Program-made: the position numbers and the translations under genes
In this document: piece after piece, positions 9,492 to 19,822 of the stretch
Layout: every line of letters begins with the position of its first letter
Position numbering within the stretch: the stretch's first letter is position 1
The notes under the pieces: generated by a model
What the model saw: only the letters and a program-made list of their open reading frames with translations
Databases searched by the model: none
What the model was told of the DNA's origin: nothing
Assembly (NCBI GenBank): GCA_038231275.1
Contig: JBBRLQ010000006.1
Location: 96,001-160,000 of the forward strand
Length of the DNA stretch: 64,000 bases
Direction: 5' to 3'
Source of the DNA: Polyangiales bacterium
GTDB taxonomy: Bacteria > Myxococcota_A > Polyangia > Polyangiales > Polyangiaceae

Positions 9492-10772
9492 CTAACGCGT
9501 CATCGTGACGATCGCGGTCGCAAGGATCACCAGGAGCCATATCGGCCAGGTGCGGACGAAGAAGTCCTTCGCGTCGTCGCCGAGGGAGCGGACTCCCTGG
9601 CGGACGACGGCGCGCGCTCCGAGCACGCGCATCGCTTCATCTTGGATCTCTTCGCGCTCGTCGTCATCCATCGGATCGTCACCCGCCAGGAACGCGAGGT
9701 GGTGCTCGAGCTCGTGGGCAACCGTCTCGACGAGCTCGGCGTCCCAGTCGTAGGGGCCGTCCTCGTCCCAGATGGCGCGGAACGTACGGTAGTAGACGGT
9801 GATCTCCGGCTCGCGTGACGGCGACCCCATGTCACCCGGCGAGCCGGGGACGTAGGCGCCCATGAGCGGCTCACCCCCGTCGTCGACCGCCGGCACGCCG
9901 CCTTCGACGACGAACGACACGCCCTCCACGCTCTCTTCGGCGAAGAGCTCCTCGCTCACGAGGCGCGCACGCTCTGCGAACGCCTCGAAGGCCGGCAGAT
10001 CGTCGTGCTTCTCCTGTGGTCGCGAGTCGGGCACGCCGGGATCGAACTCGCGCTCGTAGGGAGCGTCGACGTCGTTGCGCGCGCCGCACTTCGGGCAGAG
10101 AGCGATCGAGAAGAGGCGCGGCGGATAGTGCGCGGCGAGGAACAGATCGGTGACGGCGCCCCACGCCTCGTCGCTCGCCGCCGAAAGCGCGCGCGCGATC
10201 CGCGCAGGGTTCTTCTCGACCCCCAGCTCGAGGATGCCCATCGCACGGACGACGTCGCCGCTGATGGCGAGCGTGGGCTCCGAAAGGGCACGAAACAAGG
10301 GTGCGGCGTCGTCCACCGTGACCGGGCCGAGCGTGACGGCGTTCGCGACGCGCCGGCGCCCCAGCGTGATCTCCGGCACCTCGTGCGAGGCGCCCAGCTC
10401 CAGCGTCGCGTCGAGCTCGGGATCGACGAGCTCGCGATCGACGAACGGCCCGAGGGCCATGGCCTTGCACGGACGATGCATGATCGCCGCGTCGCAGTTG
10501 CGGCAGCGGATCTCCACCTCGTCCTCCGCGAGTAGGCCCGCGTGCGTGAGGATGGCGCGGAGGGCGTGGAAGTCGCGGAGCTCGAGCGCGTAGACGGTGA
10601 TCGGCGTGCCGTCCACGCGCATCGCGACGTCACCCGACTCGAAGGACGCAACCGCCTCCGAGAACAGCGCCGCCCCATCCGCGCGACCACGCGACGCCGC
10701 GCCGCGCTTCGCCTCGAGGTGCACCACGCGCCCGCTCGGGACCTGGACCGCCCGCGGGAACGCCGGGCTCAC
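9492..10772 (-). CDS. Fusion protein: N-terminal double Cys-pair region, zincin-like metallopeptidase domain, C-terminal TM anchor
   Basis: GTG start overlaps upstream TGA; CRNC and CPKCG; ITVYYRTF...ETVAHELEHH (HExxH); hydrophobic C-terminus. Confidence 0.75.
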   Translation of the reverse strand: MSPAFPRAVQVPSGRVVHLEAKRGAASRGRADGAALFSEAVASFESGDVAMRVDGTPITVYALELRDFHALRAILTHAGLLAEDEVEIRCRNCDAAIMHRPCKAMALGPFVDRELVDPELDATLELGASHEVPEITLGRRRVANAVTLGPVTVDDAAPLFRALSEPTLAISGDVVRAMGILELGVEKNPARIARALSAASDEAWGAVTDLFLAAHYPPRLFSIALCPKCGARNDVDAPYEREFDPGVPDSRPQEKHDDLPAFEAFAERARLVSEELFAEESVEGVSFVVEGGVPAVDDGGEPLMGAYVPGSPGDMGSPSREPEITVYYRTFRAIWDEDGPYDWDAELVETVAHELEHHLAFLAGDDPMDDDEREEIQDEAMRVLGARAVVRQGVRSLGDDAKDFFVRTWPIWLLVILATAIVTMTR

Positions 10773-11491
10773 GAGCGGCTCTCGTGCTTCTCGGGATCGA
10801 TCTTGAGGCGCGAGACGATCGCGCCGTGGAGCGCGTAGATGACCGGCGTGAGCAGCACCGCCACCGCGAGCTTGATCCCGTATTCGCGGCCGATCTTCGC
10901 GAAGATCCAGCCCCACGATTGCGTCGCGGTCCACCGCCAGAAAATCACGTTGATCGTGACCGTGTCGACGATCTGGCTGAGCACCGTCGATCCCGTCGCG
11001 CGCAGCCAGAGGTGGCGCGACTCCGTGAGACCTTTCCAGAATTGAAAGACGCGGATGTCGAGGAACTGTCCGATGAGGTACGCGACGATCGACGCGACGA
11101 AGAGCCGCGAGCTTCCGCCGAAGATCTTCGCGTACTCCGGCTGTGTGAAATACGTCGATTCGTGCGCGGGAAGGGCAGTCGTTACCTGAAGCAGAATCCA
11201 CGCAAAGACGGCCATCCAAAAACCGAGGACCGTCAGAAACTGCGCGCCGCGGCGGCCGTAGAAGTCGTTGACGATGTCGGTGAGGAGGAAGGTGACCGGG
11301 AACGGGATGATGCCGACCGAGATGGGGCCGAGCGGCGTGCCGATCGTCTTGCCGCCGATCACGTCGCCGAGGAGGAGGCACGCGACGAAGATGGCGCACA
11401 GGTAGACGAAGAGCTTCGGCGACGTGCCCATTCGGCCGAACGGCGTCAGGTCGGCTGCAGCGCGGGCGCTCGTCGGGGAGGTGGCGGCCAT
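10769..11491 (-). CDS. Queuosine precursor transporter (VUT/YhhQ family); start may be 11431
   Basis: FPVTFLLTDIVNDFYG, ASIVAYLIGQFLDI, WLRATGSTVLSQIVDT. Confidence 0.9.
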   Translation of the reverse strand: MAATSPTSARAAADLTPFGRMGTSPKLFVYLCAIFVACLLLGDVIGGKTIGTPLGPISVGIIPFPVTFLLTDIVNDFYGRRGAQFLTVLGFWMAVFAWILLQVTTALPAHESTYFTQPEYAKIFGGSSRLFVASIVAYLIGQFLDIRVFQFWKGLTESRHLWLRATGSTVLSQIVDTVTINVIFWRWTATQSWGWIFAKIGREYGIKLAVAVLLTPVIYALHGAIVSRLKIDPEKHESRS

Positions 11492-11520
11492 CGGCCCCTT
11501 TCTATGCTATCCGGGTGCCG

Positions 11521-12264
11521 ATGCGCAAAAGCCGAGCCGCCTCGCTCCCGTCGCTCGTCCTCTTCTGCGCCTGCGTGGCGGCGTGCGGAGGCTCCAAGTC
11601 CGCGGCCGTCCCCGGGGACACGTCCGATGCGGCCGCGGCCGCCGATTCGAGCGGCACCGCGGGCGGTGACGCGGCCGACGACGGACCCGCGCCGGCCGAC
11701 GCGGGCGCCGCCGACGTCGACAAGACCGCCGCCTGCGCGCGCACGTTCGGGAACGAGCTCGTCTCCGGGTACGGGCGCCTCGATGGGACCGTGCTCGCCG
11801 TCCTCCCTCCCGCCGACAACGCGTGCGCGGCGCCCAACTCGACGCATCTGATCCTCGAGATCACGATGCACGCCGCCGCGTACCGGATGGTCGTCAACGT
11901 GCTCAGCGATCGCGCCGGCGGGGACCCTCGCATCCAGATGAAAGAGCTCGACGCGCCGCTCGTCGGCGGCGCCTGGAGCGAGGGCTGGCACATCCCCGGC
12001 GCCCTCGATTACCCGAGCGCGCTCGGCGTCCACGACCAAGACTTCACGGCGTACGAACAAGCGACGGCCGTGCAGCGCATCACCGGCGCCATCACCGTCG
12101 GCGAGAAAATCAGCGTCTTCGCGACCAACGACGGCACCGCCTACAAAGACAGCGCGCACCTCGTCCACTACAACGGCGGCAACCAAGACGGCGCGATCGT
12201 CGTTGGCGCCGCGACCGCGAGTCCGAAGTGGCTCCTCTTCCACTTCTCTTCGCAAGTGTTCTAG
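11521..12264 (+). CDS. Hypothetical lipoprotein
   Basis: Lipobox VAAC, D-A-G linker, globular C-terminal domain. Confidence 0.75.
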   Translation: MRKSRAASLPSLVLFCACVAACGGSKSAAVPGDTSDAAAAADSSGTAGGDAADDGPAPADAGAADVDKTAACARTFGNELVSGYGRLDGTVLAVLPPADNACAAPNSTHLILEITMHAAAYRMVVNVLSDRAGGDPRIQMKELDAPLVGGAWSEGWHIPGALDYPSALGVHDQDFTAYEQATAVQRITGAITVGEKISVFATNDGTAYKDSAHLVHYNGGNQDGAIVVGAATASPKWLLFHFSSQVF

Positions 12265-12268
12265 ACGT

Positions 12269-13936
12269 TCAGTCGGCGGATCCCGGAAGATCGCTCATCG
12301 GCGGGGGACCTTCGATGGGGAGGACGAGGCGGAACGAGGCGCCGCGCGCGCCGCCGCCGATGAGGGAGAGCTCGCCGTTGTGCTCGATGGCGATGCGCTG
12401 CGCGATCGCGAGGCCGAGGCCGGTGCCGGTCGCCTTCGTGGTCGCGTAGGGCTCGAAGAGGCGGCTCGCGATCTCGGGCGCGATACCGGGACCGTTGTCG
12501 CGCACCGTGAGGGTCACGTGGGAGACCCCGTCGAAGTCGATCGCGATCGAGACCTCGCCGTCGTCCTGCTCGCGTACCGCGTCGAGGCCGTTCTGCACGA
12601 GGTTCGTGAGCACCTGGACGATCTGATCGCGATCGGCGCGCACGGTGGGAGGCGTGCGGCGGACGGCGACGACGATCTTCGCCTTGCCGGCGCTCGTCTT
12701 GTGGAGGCCCGCCACGTAGCGCGCGAGCTCGGCGGGGTCGAGATCGACGGGATGCGGCGCGGGGAGGCGCGCGAAGCGGGTGAACTCGGTGACGATGTTC
12801 GAGATGCGGTGGACCTCGTCGAGGACCGTGCGCGTCGCCTCGTCGAAGTACTCGTCGAACGCCGGATCCTGGCGCGCGCGCAGCCGACGGAGGGTCTCGA
12901 CGGCCGCGCGGATCGGCGCGAGCGGGTTCTTCACCTCGTGCGCGACGCGGCGTGCGACCTCGCGCCACGCGGCGACGCGGGTCGTCGCGGCGAGGCGACG
13001 GCGCGTGGCAGCGAGATCTTCGAGCATCGTGTCGAAGGCGCGGGTCAGATCGGCGATCTCGCCGGATCCTCGCACCTGGATAGGGCGCGCTTGATCGGTG
13101 GCGACCTTGCGCGCTTCTTCGGCGAGCTCGGCGATCGGCCGACCGATGCGCCGCGCGAAGACGACCGCCAGCGCGAGCGCGACGACGCTGGAGCCGAGCA
13201 CCGCGGTGAGGACCGCTTTGTCGATTTGCCGTAAATTCTCGTAGAGCTGCGTCTTGGTCTTCGCGACGACGAGCGGCGCCTTTCCGCCGGCGCCGTCGGT
13301 GAAGCTGCACGTCGCGACGGCGGTGTTCTCGGCGGGCGGCGGCGCGGCGCCCATCGTGACCTTCACGTCGAGGACCTTGCCGAACCGATCGAGCAGCGGC
13401 AGCAGATGGTGCGCGCCGACGAAGCCGACCGCGCGTCCGCCGGGGAGCTTGTGGGTGCAGCGCGCGACGAGGGCGGGCTTGCCATCCATGCGCAGCGAAT
13501 ACCGCGTCGCGTCGCCCTCGAAGGCGCGCACGACGTCGGCGCGCGGAGCACCGAAGAACGCCTGCGGATCGGCGCCGATGACGTCGCCTTGGCTCGTCGC
13601 GAGCATCAGCTCGTCGAGGCCGAACGCGACGCGCTGGCGCGGGACGCTCTGGCGGTAGCCGAGGATCATGTTATCGAGCTCGTCGCCGCGCTCGATGGCG
13701 ACGGCCACGCGATCGACGAGCTCTCCGGCGTCGCACGCGTTGGCGACGAGGCGCCGATCGATCTCGCCTTGGCGATCGAGCTCGACGCGCACGCTCGTGC
13801 ACGCCTTCTCGACCTCGCGGTAGTAGCGCGCCGTCTCTGCATCGCGGCGATTTTGCCGGACGTACCAGCCGAGGCCGCCGGTCGAGAGCGCGGCGAACAA
13901 CAGGAACGCAAGCACGAATCGGGTGAACAGCCTCAC
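12269..13936 (-). CDS. HAMP-domain sensor histidine kinase (NtrY-like)
   Basis: Two TMs, HAMP, AWREVARRVAHEVKNPL H-box, NLVQNG, DNGPG, GTGLGLAI. Confidence 0.92.
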   Translation of the reverse strand: MRLFTRFVLAFLLFAALSTGGLGWYVRQNRRDAETARYYREVEKACTSVRVELDRQGEIDRRLVANACDAGELVDRVAVAIERGDELDNMILGYRQSVPRQRVAFGLDELMLATSQGDVIGADPQAFFGAPRADVVRAFEGDATRYSLRMDGKPALVARCTHKLPGGRAVGFVGAHHLLPLLDRFGKVLDVKVTMGAAPPPAENTAVATCSFTDGAGGKAPLVVAKTKTQLYENLRQIDKAVLTAVLGSSVVALALAVVFARRIGRPIAELAEEARKVATDQARPIQVRGSGEIADLTRAFDTMLEDLAATRRRLAATTRVAAWREVARRVAHEVKNPLAPIRAAVETLRRLRARQDPAFDEYFDEATRTVLDEVHRISNIVTEFTRFARLPAPHPVDLDPAELARYVAGLHKTSAGKAKIVVAVRRTPPTVRADRDQIVQVLTNLVQNGLDAVREQDDGEVSIAIDFDGVSHVTLTVRDNGPGIAPEIASRLFEPYATTKATGTGLGLAIAQRIAIEHNGELSLIGGGARGASFRLVLPIEGPPPMSDLPGSAD

Positions 13937-13940
13937 CGAA

Positions 13941-15305
13941 TCACTTCCTGCCTCGCGTCGTCGCGGCGAGATCGAGGCCGAAGCCCGCGGTGCTCGTCGC
14001 GAGGGAGAGATCCGGGACGCGACCGCCTTGCACGCGGACCTCGCCGAGGACCCCAACGCGCATCGCCCGCGTCAGCGTGCGCACAGGCACGTCGCCGAGG
14101 CGCGGCGGGTGCTTGACGACGTCTTCCGCCGCGCCGGGATTGTCGGCGGTCGCAAGGGCAGCGAGCGCGCCGAGGGTTCCGTGCGCGAGGGGACGCGCCA
14201 TGTCGATGGCGAGCGGGAAATTACGGCTCGCGCGACGTTGCGCGAGCTCTTGAGGCGCGACCGGTTTGGCCACCACCTCGTGCGCGGGGCGCGAGAGGAT
14301 CGCGGCGACGCTGCGCGCGAGCTCGACGAGCCACGGTGAGTCGTCGCGCACGATGATGGTGCACGGCGGACCGCCCCACCCCTCCGCGGTCTCCGTGGAC
14401 CACGGCGCGCCGAGCGCGAGGTACGAGAGGCGCTGCGGCGGCAGCTCGTCGCACATGCGCTGCGCGATGCCGGGCGCGTCCCATCCCGCCACATCACGCC
14501 CGGTGAAGAGGAGCGCCCAGCCGACGTGACCGGCGTCGAATGGCTTCGCGCCGGGGCGGGGCTCGTGGAGGCCCATCCCGAGCCAGCCCACGTCGTCGGC
14601 GCCGGTCTCGAACGCGCGGAGCGACTCCGCGAGATCGCCGCTTGGCCGCACGAACACCTCGTCGAGGAACGCGGGACCGCGCGCGGCGAGCGGATTTCGT
14701 TGGAGCAGAAGCCCGTCGGCGCGGCGCTCGGCGCGGAACGGTCCGGTGCCGTCCGGCCACGTGGCGGCGAAGTTGGACGGGACGATGGCGACGAGCGGCG
14801 ACGCGAGCGCGCGCACGAGCTTGATCGGATCCTTCGACGCGAAGAGCAGCGTCGACTTCCCGTCGACGCGCGGCACCGGCACCTCCGCGAGCCACGCGCG
14901 CGCGCCGGCCGCACGGGCGCGCGCGATCGAGAAGGCGACGTCGCGCGCCTCGAGCACGTGGCCGCGCGCGGTCTTGAGCCCGCCGCGCACGTTCACCTTG
15001 AGCGTCCCGCCGTCGAGCTCGGGCTCCGACTCCGCGAGCACGGGCGCGAACGCACCCCCTGCGTCGCGCGCGTAGAGCGTGTCGAAGAGCGCCTCGCCGA
15101 GGATCGCGGCGCCTCCGTCGTCGATGCGGTGCGGATCGATCGCGCCCAGCGGCCAGGGCACGTGCAACGTGACGCGCCCACCCACCGCCGTGCGTCCGCG
15201 CGCCCCAGCGACGCCCGCCCCCGACGAAATTCCAATGGCCGCGCCGAGCCCTACGACCGGGGCCGTGGCGAGCCAGGAGAGGAGGGTTCGGCGGGGAAGG
15301 AGCAT
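13941..15305 (-). CDS. ABC-type substrate-binding protein, family 5 (divergent), probable Tat signal
   Basis: MLLPRRTLL, IDPH, LFDTLY, DGTGPFR motifs. Confidence 0.75.
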   Translation of the reverse strand: MLLPRRTLLSWLATAPVVGLGAAIGISSGAGVAGARGRTAVGGRVTLHVPWPLGAIDPHRIDDGGAAILGEALFDTLYARDAGGAFAPVLAESEPELDGGTLKVNVRGGLKTARGHVLEARDVAFSIARARAAGARAWLAEVPVPRVDGKSTLLFASKDPIKLVRALASPLVAIVPSNFAATWPDGTGPFRAERRADGLLLQRNPLAARGPAFLDEVFVRPSGDLAESLRAFETGADDVGWLGMGLHEPRPGAKPFDAGHVGWALLFTGRDVAGWDAPGIAQRMCDELPPQRLSYLALGAPWSTETAEGWGGPPCTIIVRDDSPWLVELARSVAAILSRPAHEVVAKPVAPQELAQRRASRNFPLAIDMARPLAHGTLGALAALATADNPGAAEDVVKHPPRLGDVPVRTLTRAMRVGVLGEVRVQGGRVPDLSLATSTAGFGLDLAATTRGRK

Positions 15306-15407
15306 CCGGCGGGAAATCATCGCGCAAATCGGTCCATAAGCCCAAACGCCCTTCACGGATGGGCTTCTTCCCGAAGCGGGTCCGTTTGGATACGTTCGAG
15401 GGTGGGC

Positions 15408-18173
15408 ATGAGCTTTCAGCCGGGTGCGAGCTTCGACCGGTACGTCATCGAGGCCCCCCTCGGCCAGGGGGGAATGGGTGAGGTGTACCGAGCGTACGAC
15501 CCGCGTCTCCGCAGGAAAATCGCCCTCAAGGTGCTCACGCTCGGCACCGACGAGACCGATCCCGAGGACAAGCACGAAGCCGCGGAGCGGGTCCTCCGCG
15601 AGGCGCGCAACGCGGCGGCGCTCGATCACCCCAACGCCGTGAGCGTCTTCGACGTTGGCGAGGTCGACGGCCGCCCCTACATCGCGATGGAGCTCGTGAA
15701 CGGCCTCGCGCTGCGGGACTACATCGGCGATCCCGCGGTCCCCTACGATCGCCGCGTCCGCTGGCTCGTCGACGTCGCGCGCGCGCTGTGGGCCGCGCAC
15801 GATCGCGGCCTCGTGCACCGCGACGTGAAGCCCGAGAACGTCATGGTCCGCGACGACGGCGTGATCAAGGTGCTCGACTTCGGCATCGCGAAGCAGATGC
15901 TCCTCGACAAAGAGCCGCTGCCGATCTCGGCGGCCGCCGCTGGAACGGCAATGACGGTCCGCGCGGGCAACGAGACCGTGAAGGGCGCGCTCCTTGGAAC
16001 GCCGCGGTATTTTGCGCCCGAGCAGGTGACCGGCGATCCGGTGGACGGGCGCACCGATCAGTTCGCGTGGGGTGTCATGGCGTACGAGCTGCTCCACGGG
16101 CATCCGCCGTGGGACGAGCAGAAGGGTGTGATGAGCATGCTCAACGCCATCTCGACGCTCGAGCCGCCGAGCCTGTCGCGCCTGGTGCCGAACCTCCCGA
16201 TGGCGGTTGCGCGCACCGTGATGATCGCGCTGTCGAAGCAGCCGCAGCGTCGCTTCCAGCGAATGAGCGAGGTCGTCGCGGCGCTCGAGCCGTTCGAGGC
16301 CAACTCGATGCGTCGCATCCCCGAGGCCTTTCCGTCGGGGCCGCGGGTGGGCACGCCGATCGCGGAGCTCGAGACCGTGCGCGCGCCGCTCGTCACCACA
16401 GACGAGAAGCCCGCACGCGACGACGGCGAAGGACGAGCCGCCCCGTCGACGCCGCGCCCGCGTTCGACCGCGCCACCCCGACGTAACTGGCTGCTCGGCG
16501 CGGCGGTCACCGGCGCGATGGGCCTCGCGGCGATCCTCGCGCTCCGCGGCGGGCCACCCGCGCAGGCGAAGCTCACGACGACGGCTACGCTCATCGCGCC
16601 AGCGCCGACCGCGGTGACCGATCTGCCGCCACCCGCGAGCACGAACGTCGAGGGGCTCGCCGCGTACCGGGCCGCGATGCAAGCGTTTCGCGACGGTACC
16701 TTCGCGACGCTGCGCGAGAGCCTGGGACGCGCGGTTACCCTCGACCCGAGCTTTGCTGCCGCGCACCTTCGCCTCGCGATCTTCAGCTCGCTCATCGAGT
16801 CGGACGAAGGAGAGGCGAAGAGAAGCTACCGCCGCGCGTCGCAGTTCCGCGGTTTTCTCAGCGATCGTGATCTGCTGCTCCTGGAGGCGCTCGAGCCTTA
16901 TTTTCAGCGGGATCCATCGGAGCCCGCCGAGTGCGAACGGCGCCTGCGCGCGGCGGCAGAGCGGTTCCCCGAGGACGCCGAGCTCTGGTTCTACGTCGGA
17001 TGGATCCGCTACGACTTCGGTCGGCTCACGAGCGCGCTCGACGCGTTCGATCGGGCGATCGCGCTGGATCACAAGTTCGCGCTGGCGTGGTCCAACAAGG
17101 GCGGCATCGAGGCGTACCTTGGCGACTTCGATCGCGCCCTGAAATCGCTCGATGAGTGCCTCGTGATCTCTCCGCAAGCGACCGAGAGCCTCTGGTACCG
17201 CGCCCTCATCTTCGAACAGGAGGGGGCGTGCGCGCGAGTGGAGTCCGACGCGCGGCGCTTGATCAGCAAGGACGCGGAGGACCCGCTCGGCTACGCGATG
17301 CTGGCGCGCGCGCTGCATGCCGAGGGGCGGCCGCGCGAGGCGGTGGTTGCCGCGCTCGAGCAAAAATGGGCACGCTCCACGCCGAGCAACCGGATCCGCC
17401 GAGAGCTGACCGATCGCGCGTACATCGACGTCTTGAACGGCGACTTCGACGCCGCCGAGAAGAACGCGCTGGAGCTGGAGCGCGTGATCGCCGGCGAGCC
17501 CGAAGCCGCGGCGCACGCCGAGCCGGCGCGGCTCCTCGTCGAGATCTATCGAGAGACGGGCCGAGACGCCGCCGCGCGTGTCGTCGCCGATCGATACGTG
17601 AAGCGGCGCGACGCGTGGGAGCCGGCGCATCGCGTGGACGACGGCGCGATCGAGTCCGATCCGATCCCGCAGATGCTCGGCGTCCTTCGCCACACCGGCG
17701 GGCTCGATCGGGCGGCGTTCGTCGAGAAGCGCAAAGAGTGGCTCAACGCGTGGGAGACCAAGACCACCGAGGCCTTCTTCCACTATGTATGGGTCTACGC
17801 GTACGCGCTGCCGGCGGAGACGCCCGAGGAGGCGCGCGAGGCGGTCGCCGCGCTGCCGAAGTACGCGCCGCTCCCGTCGTTCCTTCCGCAGTCGCTCGGC
17901 GTCGCGCACATCGGCGAGGCGTATCTTCGCGCGGGGCGAGTCGACGACGCGCTGCCTTACCTGAAGAAGGGCGCCGCGTCGTGCGCCGCGCTCTACCGGC
18001 CGAGCGTCCATACGCGCGTTCATCTGTCGCTGGGCGACGCGCTCGCCGCGAAGGGGGACAAGGCGGGCGCATGCGTTGCGTACCAGGTCGTCGTTGATCG
18101 ATGGGGTCGCGATCACCGCAGCGTCAGCGCGCAGAGCGCACGCGCGGCGCGAGCGAAGCTGCGCTGCGATTAG
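15408..18173 (+). CDS. Membrane Ser/Thr protein kinase with C-terminal TPR region
   Basis: LGQGGMGEVY, IALK, HRDVKPEN, DFG, GTPRYFAPEQ; one TM; TPR-like repeats. Confidence 0.93.
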   Translation: MSFQPGASFDRYVIEAPLGQGGMGEVYRAYDPRLRRKIALKVLTLGTDETDPEDKHEAAERVLREARNAAALDHPNAVSVFDVGEVDGRPYIAMELVNGLALRDYIGDPAVPYDRRVRWLVDVARALWAAHDRGLVHRDVKPENVMVRDDGVIKVLDFGIAKQMLLDKEPLPISAAAAGTAMTVRAGNETVKGALLGTPRYFAPEQVTGDPVDGRTDQFAWGVMAYELLHGHPPWDEQKGVMSMLNAISTLEPPSLSRLVPNLPMAVARTVMIALSKQPQRRFQRMSEVVAALEPFEANSMRRIPEAFPSGPRVGTPIAELETVRAPLVTTDEKPARDDGEGRAAPSTPRPRSTAPPRRNWLLGAAVTGAMGLAAILALRGGPPAQAKLTTTATLIAPAPTAVTDLPPPASTNVEGLAAYRAAMQAFRDGTFATLRESLGRAVTLDPSFAAAHLRLAIFSSLIESDEGEAKRSYRRASQFRGFLSDRDLLLLEALEPYFQRDPSEPAECERRLRAAAERFPEDAELWFYVGWIRYDFGRLTSALDAFDRAIALDHKFALAWSNKGGIEAYLGDFDRALKSLDECLVISPQATESLWYRALIFEQEGACARVESDARRLISKDAEDPLGYAMLARALHAEGRPREAVVAALEQKWARSTPSNRIRRELTDRAYIDVLNGDFDAAEKNALELERVIAGEPEAAAHAEPARLLVEIYRETGRDAAARVVADRYVKRRDAWEPAHRVDDGAIESDPIPQMLGVLRHTGGLDRAAFVEKRKEWLNAWETKTTEAFFHYVWVYAYALPAETPEEAREAVAALPKYAPLPSFLPQSLGVAHIGEAYLRAGRVDDALPYLKKGAASCAALYRPSVHTRVHLSLGDALAAKGDKAGACVAYQVVVDRWGRDHRSVSAQSARAARAKLRCD

Positions 18174-18247
18174 AGCATCGGCAGTCTCCGGCCTTGTAGA
18201 CCCTTCGGGCGACATGCGGTCGAGCGCTCGGTGGATACCTTCTCGGA

Positions 18248-19279
18248 GTGCGTCCCCTCGTTGCCCTCGCTCTTTTGCCCCTCGTGGCCGCTTGCGGGCC
18301 ATTCTCCGACCTCGTGGACCCCATCCACGTCCCCAAGGACGGCGCCGTCGTCGGCGATCTCGTCGAAGTCAACGACGCACGGTGCGTGACCCCTGCGTCG
18401 CCGACGTACATCGTCTACCAGGCGCAGGCGAGCGGTCGGTCGTTCCGCATCGAGGCGCGCCCCGGCGGCGCGCGCGAAGATCTCACGGCGCGTCTGGAGC
18501 TCTTGGGGCCTGGCGCCGACGACTACGTCAACGCGTCGCCCGACGGCGGCTGGCTCATCGTCGGCACCACGCGCGTAGGCTGCTCCGCCGAGGCGTGCGT
18601 CGCCCTCGCGCGTCGTGACGGGTGCGCAGCGCAGGCGATCGTCGTCGGCGGGAAGCCCATCCCGGCGCGCGGCGTGGCGGCGGTCGCGAGCGGCGGCGCG
18701 GTGGTCGTCTATCCCGCCAAGGGACCTTCACACGATCAGGATCTGTTCGCGGTTCGACGGATCGGCGACGGTTGGAGCGCGCCGGTGAACCTCACGGAGC
18801 ACGGCGCCGCGGCGTTCAACCAGCGGCCCGCCATCTCGGACGACGGCGCGCGCGTCGCGTTCGCGTGTGGTCCGGCGGCGAGCCCGTCGGCGCCAGGGAC
18901 GGCGCTCTGCGAGGTTGGCGTCGACGCGACGGCGCTCCGCACCGTGGCGACGCCGAAGGGCGCGTCGTCGGCAGATGCCTACGTCGGCAGCGCCGATTTC
19001 ACGCCCGGCGGCGGCTTGGTCGCCGAGGCGAGCCTGGCCGACGTCACGCAGCTGTGGACCGTCGCGCCGACCGGGCAGGCCTCGGTCGTCGCGGCAGGCG
19101 TCATCAGCGACACGTCACCGTGCGTCCTCCCCGACGGCCGCGTCGCGAGCGTGTGGGCCGGACGCGATCCCAGCAGCGGCCTCCACGAGCTCAAGCTCGC
19201 CAACGCCGAAGGCGGCGACGCCACGGTGCTCACCCCCGGCGTCGACGTCGCGGACGTCGGGATCGGCTGCTCGCGCTAG
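18248..19279 (+). CDS. TolB-like (PD40) beta-propeller lipoprotein
   Basis: Lipobox VAAC, SPDGGWL, PAISDDGARVAF, LPDGRV repeats. Confidence 0.7.
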   Translation: MRPLVALALLPLVAACGPFSDLVDPIHVPKDGAVVGDLVEVNDARCVTPASPTYIVYQAQASGRSFRIEARPGGAREDLTARLELLGPGADDYVNASPDGGWLIVGTTRVGCSAEACVALARRDGCAAQAIVVGGKPIPARGVAAVASGGAVVVYPAKGPSHDQDLFAVRRIGDGWSAPVNLTEHGAAAFNQRPAISDDGARVAFACGPAASPSAPGTALCEVGVDATALRTVATPKGASSADAYVGSADFTPGGGLVAEASLADVTQLWTVAPTGQASVVAAGVISDTSPCVLPDGRVASVWAGRDPSSGLHELKLANAEGGDATVLTPGVDVADVGIGCSR

Positions 19280-19321
19280 CTGAAATAGCAGCTCAAACAG
19301 CCTAGCAGCCCTAGCAGCCGC

Positions 19322-19822
19322 TCAGGCGCCGCCGTTCGCGGCGAGCCACTCGCGCAGCCGCGCGGCATGCTTCAAATGCGCTTCGCGCGCCCCGGCCTCA
19401 CCTACGATCGTCTTCTCGAGGCGCTCGGCGATCTCGTGCTGGACGTGCCCGTTCTCTTCGTCGTGCGTCGCGAACAGGTCGAGCTCCGCCGCGAAGCCGT
19501 TGAGCTCCGTCTGGCCCTTCCCGCCGGCGACCTTCGCGAGCTCTCGGAACTCGTTCGCCTTGGCGTGCAGCTCCTTCGCGTGACGCTCCAGAACGACCCA
19601 GTTGATCTCGACGTCGCGACGCGCCTGGCGATCGCGCGCCAGCACCGGCTCGAGCTCTTTCGCGCGGTTCTCCTCGAGGCGGATCTGCTCTCGGATGCGC
19701 GCGACGGTATCGGAGGAGAGGAGCGCGACGCCGGGACGCGGCGCGACCGGACCGTCGGCCATGGCGACCGGCGCCGCGAGGAGGAGGAGGGCTGCGACGG
19801 CGAGCGATGCGATTTTATTCAT
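19322..19822 (-). CDS. Secreted coiled-coil hypothetical protein
   Basis: MNKIASLAVAALLLLAAPVAMA signal peptide then charged helical sequence. Confidence 0.75.
   Translation of the reverse strand: MNKIASLAVAALLLLAAPVAMADGPVAPRPGVALLSSDTVARIREQIRLEENRAKELEPVLARDRQARRDVEINWVVLERHAKELHAKANEFRELAKVAGGKGQTELNGFAAELDLFATHDEENGHVQHEIAERLEKTIVGEAGAREAHLKHAARLREWLAANGGA

Noticed and set aside
11492..11520. preQ1 riboswitch upstream of the queuosine-precursor transporter
   Set aside because: Intergenic space is tiny and lacks the A-rich tail or recognisable aptamer
13941..18302. 1453-aa minus-strand ORF as one protein
   Set aside because: The first ~1000 aa are the antisense shadow of the kinase; only 13941-15305 looks like real protein
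19294..19319. Short CAGCC(C)TAG repeat between convergent genes
   Set aside because: Only two to three short units, most likely slippage
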